DNA of 45,625 nucleotides from an uncultured Planctomycetales bacterium (lineage in GTDB: Bacteria; Omnitrophota; Gorgyraeia; Gygaellales; Profunditerraquicolaceae): positions 1 to 45,625 of the forward strand of contig CAYOMI010000001.1 of assembly GCA_964405005.1 (NCBI GenBank), in the 5' to 3' direction. The notes beneath the pieces are model-generated. The model saw only the letters and a program-made list of their open reading frames with translations. It was not told the DNA's origin and made no database searches. Shown piece after piece: positions 16,797 through 25,138 of the stretch. Each line of letters begins with the position of its first letter. The stretch's first letter is position 1. The translations under genes were made by a program, and so were the position numbers.

Positions 16797-19715
16797 ATGG
16801 AAAGGGAGAAGATAACAAGTAAAATCTCATTTAGCTGGGACCTTCATTATGTTTGTAATTACCGCTGTCCATATTGTTGGTTCCACGGCAAATGGCAGGG
16901 GCTGATTAATCAGAATAAATATTATCCCCTCCCGGAATTATTAAAAACGTGGAAGGTTATCTACAGGAAATACGGTTCCGCGTGCATTAAGATTATAGGC
17001 GGCGAGCCATTTATCTATCCGAATTTTACTGAATTAATAAAAGAATTGTCGCAGGTCCATACTATTTGGATTGCGAGTAATTTATCTACGGACATAGACG
17101 ACTTTGTAAGGCAGATTAATCCCGCTAATGTCAAAGTAAACCCGACCTTCCATCCTTTGTTTGCCGACTTCGGCAGATTTATCAAGAAATTATTACTTTT
17201 AAAAGAAAACGGCATAGCAGACCTTGTGACTTTTCTAGCTTATCCGCCTCAGATTAAACTGATAAAGTATTATGCGGATAAATTTAATGAGTATGGGATT
17301 CCGCTTTCAGCAATGACTTTTTGGGGGCAATATAATAAGACCAGCTATCCCCAGGGCTATAGCGAAGAGGAAAAATCTCTTATCGCGCCATATCTGTCAG
17401 GCGAGGAAGAAGAAAAATTTCAATTAGAACCTAAAAAGGTACAGGGAAAATTATGCCGCGCCGGGCAAGTGTATGCTGCTGTCCAGGCAGATGGTTCCGT
17501 ACGCAGATGCGGCGGCATTGGCTCTCAGGCGATGGGTAATTTCTTTTGCAGCGAATTTAATTTACTGGAACAACCCCGGCCCTGCGAATCTGAATTTTGC
17601 CCCTGTAATGAATGGGTAGGATTATTAATTGATGGCGAAGGACCTGTTGAGTCCACAAAAGAAAAAAATGACGGCATCCGACTATCTTTTGCGGTAGAAA
17701 GAGAAACCGCAGGGATTAAAAGAGAGATTGACCGCAGTTCTATCCCGCCTAAGAGGGTTTTTCTGACCTGGGATATACACTATGGTTGTAATTATAACTG
17801 TACTTATTGCAATACCCCAAAACCCTGGAATCCGCCGGGTTCGTGGGACCGCGATCGGGATAAGGTAGTTTATCTGGAAGCTGATAGGTGGCTTAAAATA
17901 TGGGATGATATCTATAGAAGATATGGCAGTTGCGAAATCCATATAACGGGCGGCGAACCCTTTACTTACCCTTCCTTTCTTGAATTGATACGGGATTTAT
18001 CCAAGATGCATACCTTGGAAATTATTACCAATCTCTCTTTGAATGTTAATGACATTATTGCTGCCGTAACAGCCGATCGAGTGCGTATCGGCACTACCTT
18101 TCACCCCGAATTCGCTGATTTAAAAGAATTCTTAGCAAAACACCTTATTCTAAGAGGACACGGTTTTGAGACGTGGGCGAATTACGTCGCTTATCCTCCC
18201 CAATTAGAGAGAATGGCAGAGTATAAAAAAGAATTTGATAATCTGGGAATACCGTTTAATATCCAGCCTTTTATGGGGCATTTTCAAGAACGGGAATACC
18301 CGAAAGACTACACGAAGGAAGAATTAGCCTATTTAAAGGGATGCTACGATAGCGAAGACGTTGTCAATAAAAAGACCGTAGAATGGAAGACCGGCTCGGA
18401 ACAAAAGAATACTAAAGGCAAACCGTGTCGTATGGGCCAGATGTATGCCAAGATTTATCCCATAGGAGATGCTTATCGGTGCTGTGCAAATAAGGCTAAA
18501 AAAATAGGTAATTTAATCGACGGCACCTTCGAGCTGTTAGGGGAGCCCTTACCCTGCGAAAACGAACATTGTTTTTGTTGGAGGTGTATGCTGGAGGGCG
18601 AAGAAGATAACTGGTCGCAACACTGGGTTATTCCGGGAGACTACCGCAAGCCCGTAAATAAATTACAAAACCGGTACTTAGAAAACAAAAAACTCAATCA
18701 ACTCGAGATACAAGAAAGAAAGATTAAACTCGATTCGAAGTTAAGAAGGCTCATGGTTGTTCTGACAGGCAGGTGCAATATAGATTGCATAATGTGCGAA
18801 AGAAAATCAAACGGTTCTACTTTTCCCCGGCAAGCCATTGAACAAATCGTCGGCCTTTTCCCGTACCTCGATTCGATTATGTGGCAGGGGGGAGAAGTAT
18901 TTATGGTTGATTATTTCAAAGAATTTTTTCAAGAAGCTTCCAGGTATCCTCAGTTGACCCAGGAGATAAATACCAACGGTCTGCTTATTACAGAAGAATG
19001 GGCTGAGAATATAGCCAGAGCAAATACGAGGTTGATTTTTTCTATTGATAGCACGGATAAAACTATATACGAATATATAAGAAAAGGGGCAAAATTTGAA
19101 ACTTTAATCAGGAATGTTAGTCTAATTAAAGAAGCAAAACAACGGTATAACAAACTCGAAGCTATGGATATCATCAATATTGTGGTAATGCGTTCCAATT
19201 ATGAGCATTTGGATAGCTTTATAGATTTCGCATTAGAATACGGTTTTAGAGGACTTAACTTTATGTATATGAACGGCAATATCTGTCCGGAAGAAAATAT
19301 ATTCAGCCCCGCTGACAGACAGGCTCAAGATTATCTTAGGCGTTGCGTACCCCGGATTATAGAAAGGGGCAATAGCTTAAATATAAATGTAACTTGCGAC
19401 TTTACGCCTCTGTTATTTGACGACCGGTCTATAGCTCTAAAGGAATCCAAATCCGGCCGGGGAGAAGACGGGCTATTCTGTTTGCTGCCCTGGAAATCTT
19501 TATTTATTGATGGTACGCAAGAAGGGAATGTCTATCCGGAGTGCGTATGCCGTATTCCTGTAGGCAACATATTCAAGGAGCCCCTCACCGAGATCTGGAA
19601 CAGCGAGAATATGCAGGCGTATCGCAATAAGATTATAAACCGCGAGTTAGAAAACTGGTGTAATTCTAATTGTATTAACGGGATAGTAAACAAAGACTTT
19701 ATACAGGGTTTATAA
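16797..19715 (+). CDS. Triple radical SAM fusion (compact type A + compact type B + SPASM-like type S)
   Basis: 972 aa with three CxxxCxxC cores. They are VCNYRCPYC (Cys20 codon at 16854), GCNYNCTYC (Cys331 codon at 17787) and GRCNIDCIMC (Cys660 codon at 18774). Each domain keeps its GGE(P/V)F motif and its own Cys-rich tail: PCESEFCPCNEW, PCENEHCFCWRCMLEGEEDNWSQHWVIPGD and CLLPWKSLFIDG...ECVCRIPVGNIF...WCNSNC. Confidence 0.88.
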   Translation: MEREKITSKISFSWDLHYVCNYRCPYCWFHGKWQGLINQNKYYPLPELLKTWKVIYRKYGSACIKIIGGEPFIYPNFTELIKELSQVHTIWIASNLSTDIDDFVRQINPANVKVNPTFHPLFADFGRFIKKLLLLKENGIADLVTFLAYPPQIKLIKYYADKFNEYGIPLSAMTFWGQYNKTSYPQGYSEEEKSLIAPYLSGEEEEKFQLEPKKVQGKLCRAGQVYAAVQADGSVRRCGGIGSQAMGNFFCSEFNLLEQPRPCESEFCPCNEWVGLLIDGEGPVESTKEKNDGIRLSFAVERETAGIKREIDRSSIPPKRVFLTWDIHYGCNYNCTYCNTPKPWNPPGSWDRDRDKVVYLEADRWLKIWDDIYRRYGSCEIHITGGEPFTYPSFLELIRDLSKMHTLEIITNLSLNVNDIIAAVTADRVRIGTTFHPEFADLKEFLAKHLILRGHGFETWANYVAYPPQLERMAEYKKEFDNLGIPFNIQPFMGHFQEREYPKDYTKEELAYLKGCYDSEDVVNKKTVEWKTGSEQKNTKGKPCRMGQMYAKIYPIGDAYRCCANKAKKIGNLIDGTFELLGEPLPCENEHCFCWRCMLEGEEDNWSQHWVIPGDYRKPVNKLQNRYLENKKLNQLEIQERKIKLDSKLRRLMVVLTGRCNIDCIMCERKSNGSTFPRQAIEQIVGLFPYLDSIMWQGGEVFMVDYFKEFFQEASRYPQLTQEINTNGLLITEEWAENIARANTRLIFSIDSTDKTIYEYIRKGAKFETLIRNVSLIKEAKQRYNKLEAMDIINIVVMRSNYEHLDSFIDFALEYGFRGLNFMYMNGNICPEENIFSPADRQAQDYLRRCVPRIIERGNSLNINVTCDFTPLLFDDRSIALKESKSGRGEDGLFCLLPWKSLFIDGTQEGNVYPECVCRIPVGNIFKEPLTEIWNSENMQAYRNKIINRELENWCNSNCINGIVNKDFIQGL
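16843..16870. repeat. 28-nt exact direct repeat, copy 2 (first rSAM core of 16797..19715)
   Basis: Identical to 15968..15995. Confidence 0.9.
17574..17615. repeat. 42-nt exact direct repeat, copy 2 (end of first domain of 16797..19715)
   Basis: Identical to 16699..16740. The flanking bases differ on both sides. Confidence 0.9.
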
Positions 19716-19721
19716 TTTAAA

Positions 19722-21098
19722 ATGAAGGTTGCTTTAGTCTTGCCGCCCTTCCTTTACAAAAGGTGCCCTTTGATTGGATTAGCTTATCTTTCGGCATATT
19801 TAAAAAATAAGGACTTTGAGGTGGCCACCTTTGATTTAAATACTGAAATGCAAATTCCTAACGAAGGAGAAGAGAGGTTGTGGGCGGACTCTTTGTTTGT
19901 AAATAAATTCTTCAATAAACACCATGGCCTGTTTGAGTCTCTAGCAGAAAAGATATTACAGAGCCAGGCAGATATTATCGGATTTTCAGTATGGACTACC
20001 ACTAAACATGTTAGTTTGGCTTTGGCAAAGATAATCAAACACAAAGATAAAAGGAGGTTAATAGTCTTCGGTGGTCCAGAATGTAGTTTTTACGGCGAAA
20101 GTTTTATTAAAGACGAAGCAGTAGATATAGTAATCCGAGGAGAAGGCGAGGAGACTATTTTAGAAATAGCCCAGGCGTATAAAAAATATGGAAAAATAAA
20201 TTTTTGTCCGGGCGTTTTATTAAAGACAGATGGCGAAATAATCGATTGTGGATATAGGAATGAAATAGAAAACTTAGACTCTCTATCTTTTCCCGATTTT
20301 TCTGATTTTCCGCTTGAAAGATATTATTTAGTCAATACGCTTCCTCTGATGTTTAATAGGGGATGTTTAAGACGTTGCGTTTTCTGTAATACTTCGGTGG
20401 TCTGGAAAAAATGCCGATTTAGAAGCGCAGAAAACATTTATAAAGAAATATTATATCAAATTAAAGGTTATCCTCGGCTTCGAAAATTTGAAATTGATGA
20501 TACGGCGCTAAATCTCAATCTTAAAGAATTGTCAGAATTGTGCGATTTAATAATTACCAGCGGTCTAAAAATTGATTGGGGAGGTTCTGCAATAATTCAT
20601 CCTCAGATGGATTATAATTTATTAGCGAAGATGGCACAAGCGGGTTGTAGTTCTCTGGCTTATGGCTTAGAAAGCGGTTCGCAAAAAGTAGTCGATAGCA
20701 TAAGAAAAGGTTTCAAGATAGAAGAAGCCGAAAGGATAATTCGCGATACCTATAATACGGGAATCAAGGTGGTGTTAAATATAATAATTGGGTTCCCTAA
20801 TGAGGCTGAAAATGACTTTCGGCAAACAATGGAATTTATTAGAAGAAATAGAAACTATATTTTCTCCATCGCTCCTCCCAGCGAATGCTGGATCGGGAAT
20901 ACGGCATATTTGCATACCCATCCCGAAGATTTCAATGTAATTTTAAAAGAAGGCGGAGAATATTGGGAATCGGCGGATAAACTAAATACTCATGAAGAAA
21001 GACAAAGGAGAATAAAGATTTTTAACGATTTTATTTATTCTCTGCGGATACCGCTCGGTAGTGCTAATAAGCAGGAAATAATTCACTCAGGGACTTAA
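19722..21098 (+). CDS. Cobalamin-binding-domain (class B) radical SAM protein, clade I
   Basis: MKVALVLPP..., FGGPECSFY, IRGEGEETILEI, core NRGCLRRCVFCNT, GLESGSQKV and IIGFPNEAENDF. Confidence 0.85.
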   Translation: MKVALVLPPFLYKRCPLIGLAYLSAYLKNKDFEVATFDLNTEMQIPNEGEERLWADSLFVNKFFNKHHGLFESLAEKILQSQADIIGFSVWTTTKHVSLALAKIIKHKDKRRLIVFGGPECSFYGESFIKDEAVDIVIRGEGEETILEIAQAYKKYGKINFCPGVLLKTDGEIIDCGYRNEIENLDSLSFPDFSDFPLERYYLVNTLPLMFNRGCLRRCVFCNTSVVWKKCRFRSAENIYKEILYQIKGYPRLRKFEIDDTALNLNLKELSELCDLIITSGLKIDWGGSAIIHPQMDYNLLAKMAQAGCSSLAYGLESGSQKVVDSIRKGFKIEEAERIIRDTYNTGIKVVLNIIIGFPNEAENDFRQTMEFIRRNRNYIFSIAPPSECWIGNTAYLHTHPEDFNVILKEGGEYWESADKLNTHEERQRRIKIFNDFIYSLRIPLGSANKQEIIHSGT

Positions 21099-21124
21099 AA
21101 AGCCATAAGGGGGTTAACTAAGAA

Positions 21125-22510
21125 GTGAAAATTGTTTTGGTCCGCTGCCCGTGTATTAGTTTACCCTATCCACCCTCGATAGGCATGGCATACCTTAACT
21201 CTTTCCTGAAAAAAGCCGGACACGAAGTATTTATCTTTGACTTGAATATTGAGCTGTTTCATTCTGTTAACGATGAGAAGAAAAAAATATGGAACACGCC
21301 GGACGGTTCCAGTTTAATCAAATTATCCGAAGAAGTCATTTCCGACCATAATGATTTGTTTAATAATTATATAAGAAAAATACTGGCAACAGAAGCAACT
21401 GTAATCGGTTTTTCTGTCTGGGATAGCAACATTTTATGTAGTTTAAAATTTGCCCGAGAGATCAAAAAACTCAATAGAAGTATAAACATTGTGTTCGGCG
21501 GTCCCGAATGTTTTCCGAGGTGGTCGGGGAAAACTTTAATTAAAGAAGATTGCGTAGATGTGGTTGTTTATGGCGAAGGAGAAAAAACTTTAAAAGAATT
21601 AATCGACTATATAGAAGTGACGGGAAGAATCGGGCTTCATCCGGGCACGATTGTAAAAAATAATTTTAATATTATAGATTGCAGCAGCAGAGAACCAATA
21701 AAGGATTTAGATAGTATGCCGTTTCCTGATTTTAACGGTTTTCCTTTGGATAAATATATGACTAACGAATTTCCTATTATTTTTAACCGAGGATGCACAA
21801 GAAAATGTACATATTGTTCTCTGCCAGGCACCACGCCTCGATATCGTTGGCGCAGCGCTGATTCTATATATGAAGAGATGAAGTATCAAATTCGGAAACA
21901 CCCTCAAATAGATTCGTTTCATTCAGACTCCCCCGCCTTAAATTCTAATCTTAAAGAACTATCGAAATTATGCGATTTAATTATTCGCGATGGTTTAAAA
22001 ATAATATGGTCTGGATTCGCGGTTATTGATAAAGATATGGATTTAAGTTTATTAAGAAAAATGAAACAAGCAGGATGCCTTGGTTTAAACTTCGGCATAG
22101 AAAGCGGTTCCCAAAGAGTAACCGATAAAATGCGAAAAGGGTTCCGAATTCAAGATTCCGAGCAGAATATTCGAGATGCTTATAGTGCCGGAATAGAAGT
22201 AGTTGCAAATTTTATCGTGGGTTTTCCCGGTGAAAACGAAGAAGATTTCCAGCTAACATTAGATTTTATTTCGCGTAATCGGCAATACATTTCTTTCGTG
22301 GGCAGCGCAGCTTCTTGTTGGATATTGCCGTATATGTATCTTTATGACCACACTGATGAATTTGGTATTACGATGCATTCCGGCGACTGGTCTTGCGAAG
22401 GAAACAATTATCAGATAAGGAAGGCAAGAGAGGATAGGTTTAGGGAATTTATCAATTCACTCAATATCGGAAAATCATTTCCTAAATTACCACAGGAGGT
22501 TGGCCGGTAA
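21125..22510 (+). CDS. Cobalamin-binding-domain (class B) radical SAM protein, clade I
   Basis: The GTG start gives MKIVLVRCPC, matching the family N-terminus, and AAGGGGG lies upstream. Motifs FGGPECFPR, VYGEGEKTLKEL, core NRGCTRKCTYCSL, GIESGSQRV and IVGFPGENEEDF. Confidence 0.85.
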   Translation: MKIVLVRCPCISLPYPPSIGMAYLNSFLKKAGHEVFIFDLNIELFHSVNDEKKKIWNTPDGSSLIKLSEEVISDHNDLFNNYIRKILATEATVIGFSVWDSNILCSLKFAREIKKLNRSINIVFGGPECFPRWSGKTLIKEDCVDVVVYGEGEKTLKELIDYIEVTGRIGLHPGTIVKNNFNIIDCSSREPIKDLDSMPFPDFNGFPLDKYMTNEFPIIFNRGCTRKCTYCSLPGTTPRYRWRSADSIYEEMKYQIRKHPQIDSFHSDSPALNSNLKELSKLCDLIIRDGLKIIWSGFAVIDKDMDLSLLRKMKQAGCLGLNFGIESGSQRVTDKMRKGFRIQDSEQNIRDAYSAGIEVVANFIVGFPGENEEDFQLTLDFISRNRQYISFVGSAASCWILPYMYLYDHTDEFGITMHSGDWSCEGNNYQIRKAREDRFREFINSLNIGKSFPKLPQEVGR

Positions 22511-22517
22511 AGTTGTT

Positions 22518-23639
22518 ATGTTAATAATTAAAAAAATAATTCTTATTTTTTGTAGTTTGTTAGTTTCGTTAATTTTGGCGGAATTGATTATTCGCATTAC
22601 GCCAAGTTTGCGTTCTAAATATCAGCTATCTAGATATGAGGTAAAGAAGCACTCGGCGGTGCCTTGCGGGATTCCCAAAAAAGAAGAAGCTAGAAATAAG
22701 AGAGAGGGGATAAATAAGGATTATCGCAAGTCTGGGCTTTATCTCTACAGACCATCCAAAGTCCCAGGCTTGGGTTATGAACTTATTCCATATATGCCAG
22801 CTGAACGAGAAGTTAATTCTTACGGTATGGTTTGTAAGGAATATCCTATTAAGAAAGGGCCGAATGTTTATCGAATTTTAGTACTCGGAGATTCTGTCAC
22901 GCAGGAATATTCCTTTGTTGAAAATCTGGAAACTATGTTAAATGCTGCACATTTAGGTTTGGACTTTGAACTTTGGAATGCAGGCACCGGTGGTTACCAG
23001 GTTAATCAATATGCCGCCTATCTAAAATATAAAGGAATCCGATATGAGCCCGATATGGTAATTGTCGACTTTTGTCTGAATGATTTTGACCTTGACACGA
23101 TTGTTTACTATGAAACAAAAAACGGTGTTGCCGGATACCGCAATACGGGGTATTACTTATCCAAGGCCATTCCTTTGAATAAATGGTGCTACAGGCATTC
23201 TTATCTTTACCGCCTTTTAATTATAAACCTCGAAAAATTATTATTTACTCATGAGGGGAAAAACAAAGATTCCGCTTTTGATGAAAATCAGGAAGGCAGG
23301 TATTATCTTAAGTCAATAATGGATATCTGCAAAAAACATAAAATTCCCCTGCTGGCCGTGATTTTCCCCTATCTTAAGCCATTAGGCGAATATACCGATG
23401 GAGAGAAAGAACAATACAAGATGATATCGGATTCATTACGCGAGTTAGATATCGACGTTATTGATTTGCATGCGTATATACCCGAAGAAATTCGGCATAC
23501 GTTCAGGTCCAATAAGAAAGTTGCCCAGGACATAGTTCATATGAAACCTGAAGGTTATAACTTTGCAGCGAGAGCAGTTTTTAGTTATCTCGTTAAAAAT
23601 TATTTTGAGAAGACAAAGATTATAAAAAAAGTTAAATGA
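22518..23639 (+). CDS. Membrane-anchored SGNH/GDSL-family hydrolase
   Basis: Anchor MLIIKKIILIFCSLLVSLILAELII. Motifs YRILVLGDSVTQE, WNAGTGGY, DFCLNDF, HSYLYRL, IFPYLKPL and block V QDIVHMKPEGY. The ATG at 22518 is preferred over the track's TTG at 22500, which overlaps the upstream stop, but the start is uncertain. The stop forms ATGA with the next gene. Confidence 0.78.
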   Translation: MLIIKKIILIFCSLLVSLILAELIIRITPSLRSKYQLSRYEVKKHSAVPCGIPKKEEARNKREGINKDYRKSGLYLYRPSKVPGLGYELIPYMPAEREVNSYGMVCKEYPIKKGPNVYRILVLGDSVTQEYSFVENLETMLNAAHLGLDFELWNAGTGGYQVNQYAAYLKYKGIRYEPDMVIVDFCLNDFDLDTIVYYETKNGVAGYRNTGYYLSKAIPLNKWCYRHSYLYRLLIINLEKLLFTHEGKNKDSAFDENQEGRYYLKSIMDICKKHKIPLLAVIFPYLKPLGEYTDGEKEQYKMISDSLRELDIDVIDLHAYIPEEIRHTFRSNKKVAQDIVHMKPEGYNFAARAVFSYLVKNYFEKTKIIKKVK

Positions 23640-25120
23640 AAATTACTTTGATTTTATGCCCGAGTTGGGGAATTGAAACGCCGCATTTAGGGATAGCTTT
23701 GCTGGTAGCGAATTTAAGAAGACAACGCTTTCAGGTTGAGGTGTGTGATTTAAATATCCGGATCCATAATAAATATAAAGAAAAAGGGTTGTGGAAATCC
23801 GAGGAAGATGTGCATTGGGAAGACGATAATTCTACTTCACAGTTTATCAAAGAAAATGATGTCTATTTAGAATCTTTTGTGGACGAGGTTCTCTCGAAGG
23901 ACGCCGGAGTTATAGGTTTTTCTATTTATAATACCACAAAAAGATTATCTTTAGAGTTAGCCAAGAGGATTAAGAAAAAAGATAAGAATAAGATTATTAT
24001 TTTTGGAGGACAGCAATGTTTCCCTAAAGAATCAGCAGAGGGGCTAATTAAAGACGAAGCAGTAGACGCAATAGTTATGGGAGAGGGCGATGAGGTTTTA
24101 CCGGAATTAATCGGAAAGATAGAAAAACTAAAAAGAATAGATTTTTGTCCCGGCTTGATTTACAAAGAGAATGGAAAAATAGTTGATTGCGGAATACGCC
24201 CGCCCGTATCAAATTTGGATGGCCTTTCCCTCCCCGATTTCAGCGACTTTTCGCTTCAATCATATGATAATCCGCACCAACTCCCTATACTTTCTAGTCG
24301 AGGATGTCCCTATCAGTGTGTTTTTTGCAGCACGAAATTATTCTGGATAAAATATAGGGCCATGAGCGGAGAAAACATCTTTAGAGAAATGGAATATCAG
24401 TTAAATAGATATAAGGATATCTATTTCTTCACTTTTAATGATCATGTTATAAATGCCGATATGCAGGCTCTTTCGAAATTTTGCGATTTAATCCTAGAGA
24501 CGAAATCCAACAGAATCCATAGCGATTCTAATTGGGATAGATTGTGCTGGAGGGGAGCAGCAGTTATCAGAGATGAAATGGATAAAGAGTTTATAAAGAA
24601 AATGAGAGATGCGGGATGCATGGAACTCGAATATGGAGTGGAGAGCGCTTCGCCGAAGATTAGAAGATTGATGAGAAAGCCCCCCTATGACATAAGTATT
24701 ATTGAACGCGTAATCCGGGATACTCATAAGTCAGGAATCAGGGCGAGGGTAAATTTTATGTTTGGTTTCCCCGGAGAAACAGAAGAGGATTTTGAAGAAA
24801 CGCTTAATTTTCTCAGGAGGAATAGAGAATTCTTCGCACAAGTTCATCCGAGCGAAACCTTTTGTTGCATCGACCCCGGAACATATTTATTCAGTCATCC
24901 GGAAGAATTCGGCGTTACTAGTCGTTATCATTCGCTTTTTTGGGAATCCGTCGATGGCAAAAATATATATCCGGAACGATTAAAAAGGCATCAAATCTTT
25001 TGTGAACTGGCCGATTCTTTAAATATCCCTTTAAGTCCAGGTGGCCCCAAGATATCGCTTCATAAAGATTTGTTTTTGGAAGAATATAATAAATACAAGG
25101 TGTCCGCTGCATCAAAATAA
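23636..25120 (+). CDS. Cobalamin-binding-domain (class B) radical SAM protein, clade I
   Basis: MKITLILCPSWG, FGGQQCFPK, VMGEGDEVLPEL, core SRGCPYQCVFCST, GVESASPKI and MFGFPGETEEDF. The C-terminus resembles the first halves of the 924-aa fusions (FWESVDGKNIYPERLKR...CELADSLNIP). Confidence 0.85.
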   Translation: MKITLILCPSWGIETPHLGIALLVANLRRQRFQVEVCDLNIRIHNKYKEKGLWKSEEDVHWEDDNSTSQFIKENDVYLESFVDEVLSKDAGVIGFSIYNTTKRLSLELAKRIKKKDKNKIIIFGGQQCFPKESAEGLIKDEAVDAIVMGEGDEVLPELIGKIEKLKRIDFCPGLIYKENGKIVDCGIRPPVSNLDGLSLPDFSDFSLQSYDNPHQLPILSSRGCPYQCVFCSTKLFWIKYRAMSGENIFREMEYQLNRYKDIYFFTFNDHVINADMQALSKFCDLILETKSNRIHSDSNWDRLCWRGAAVIRDEMDKEFIKKMRDAGCMELEYGVESASPKIRRLMRKPPYDISIIERVIRDTHKSGIRARVNFMFGFPGETEEDFEETLNFLRRNREFFAQVHPSETFCCIDPGTYLFSHPEEFGVTSRYHSLFWESVDGKNIYPERLKRHQIFCELADSLNIPLSPGGPKISLHKDLFLEEYNKYKVSAASK

Positions 25121-25138
25121 CAGTTTTTAAAATTTAAA

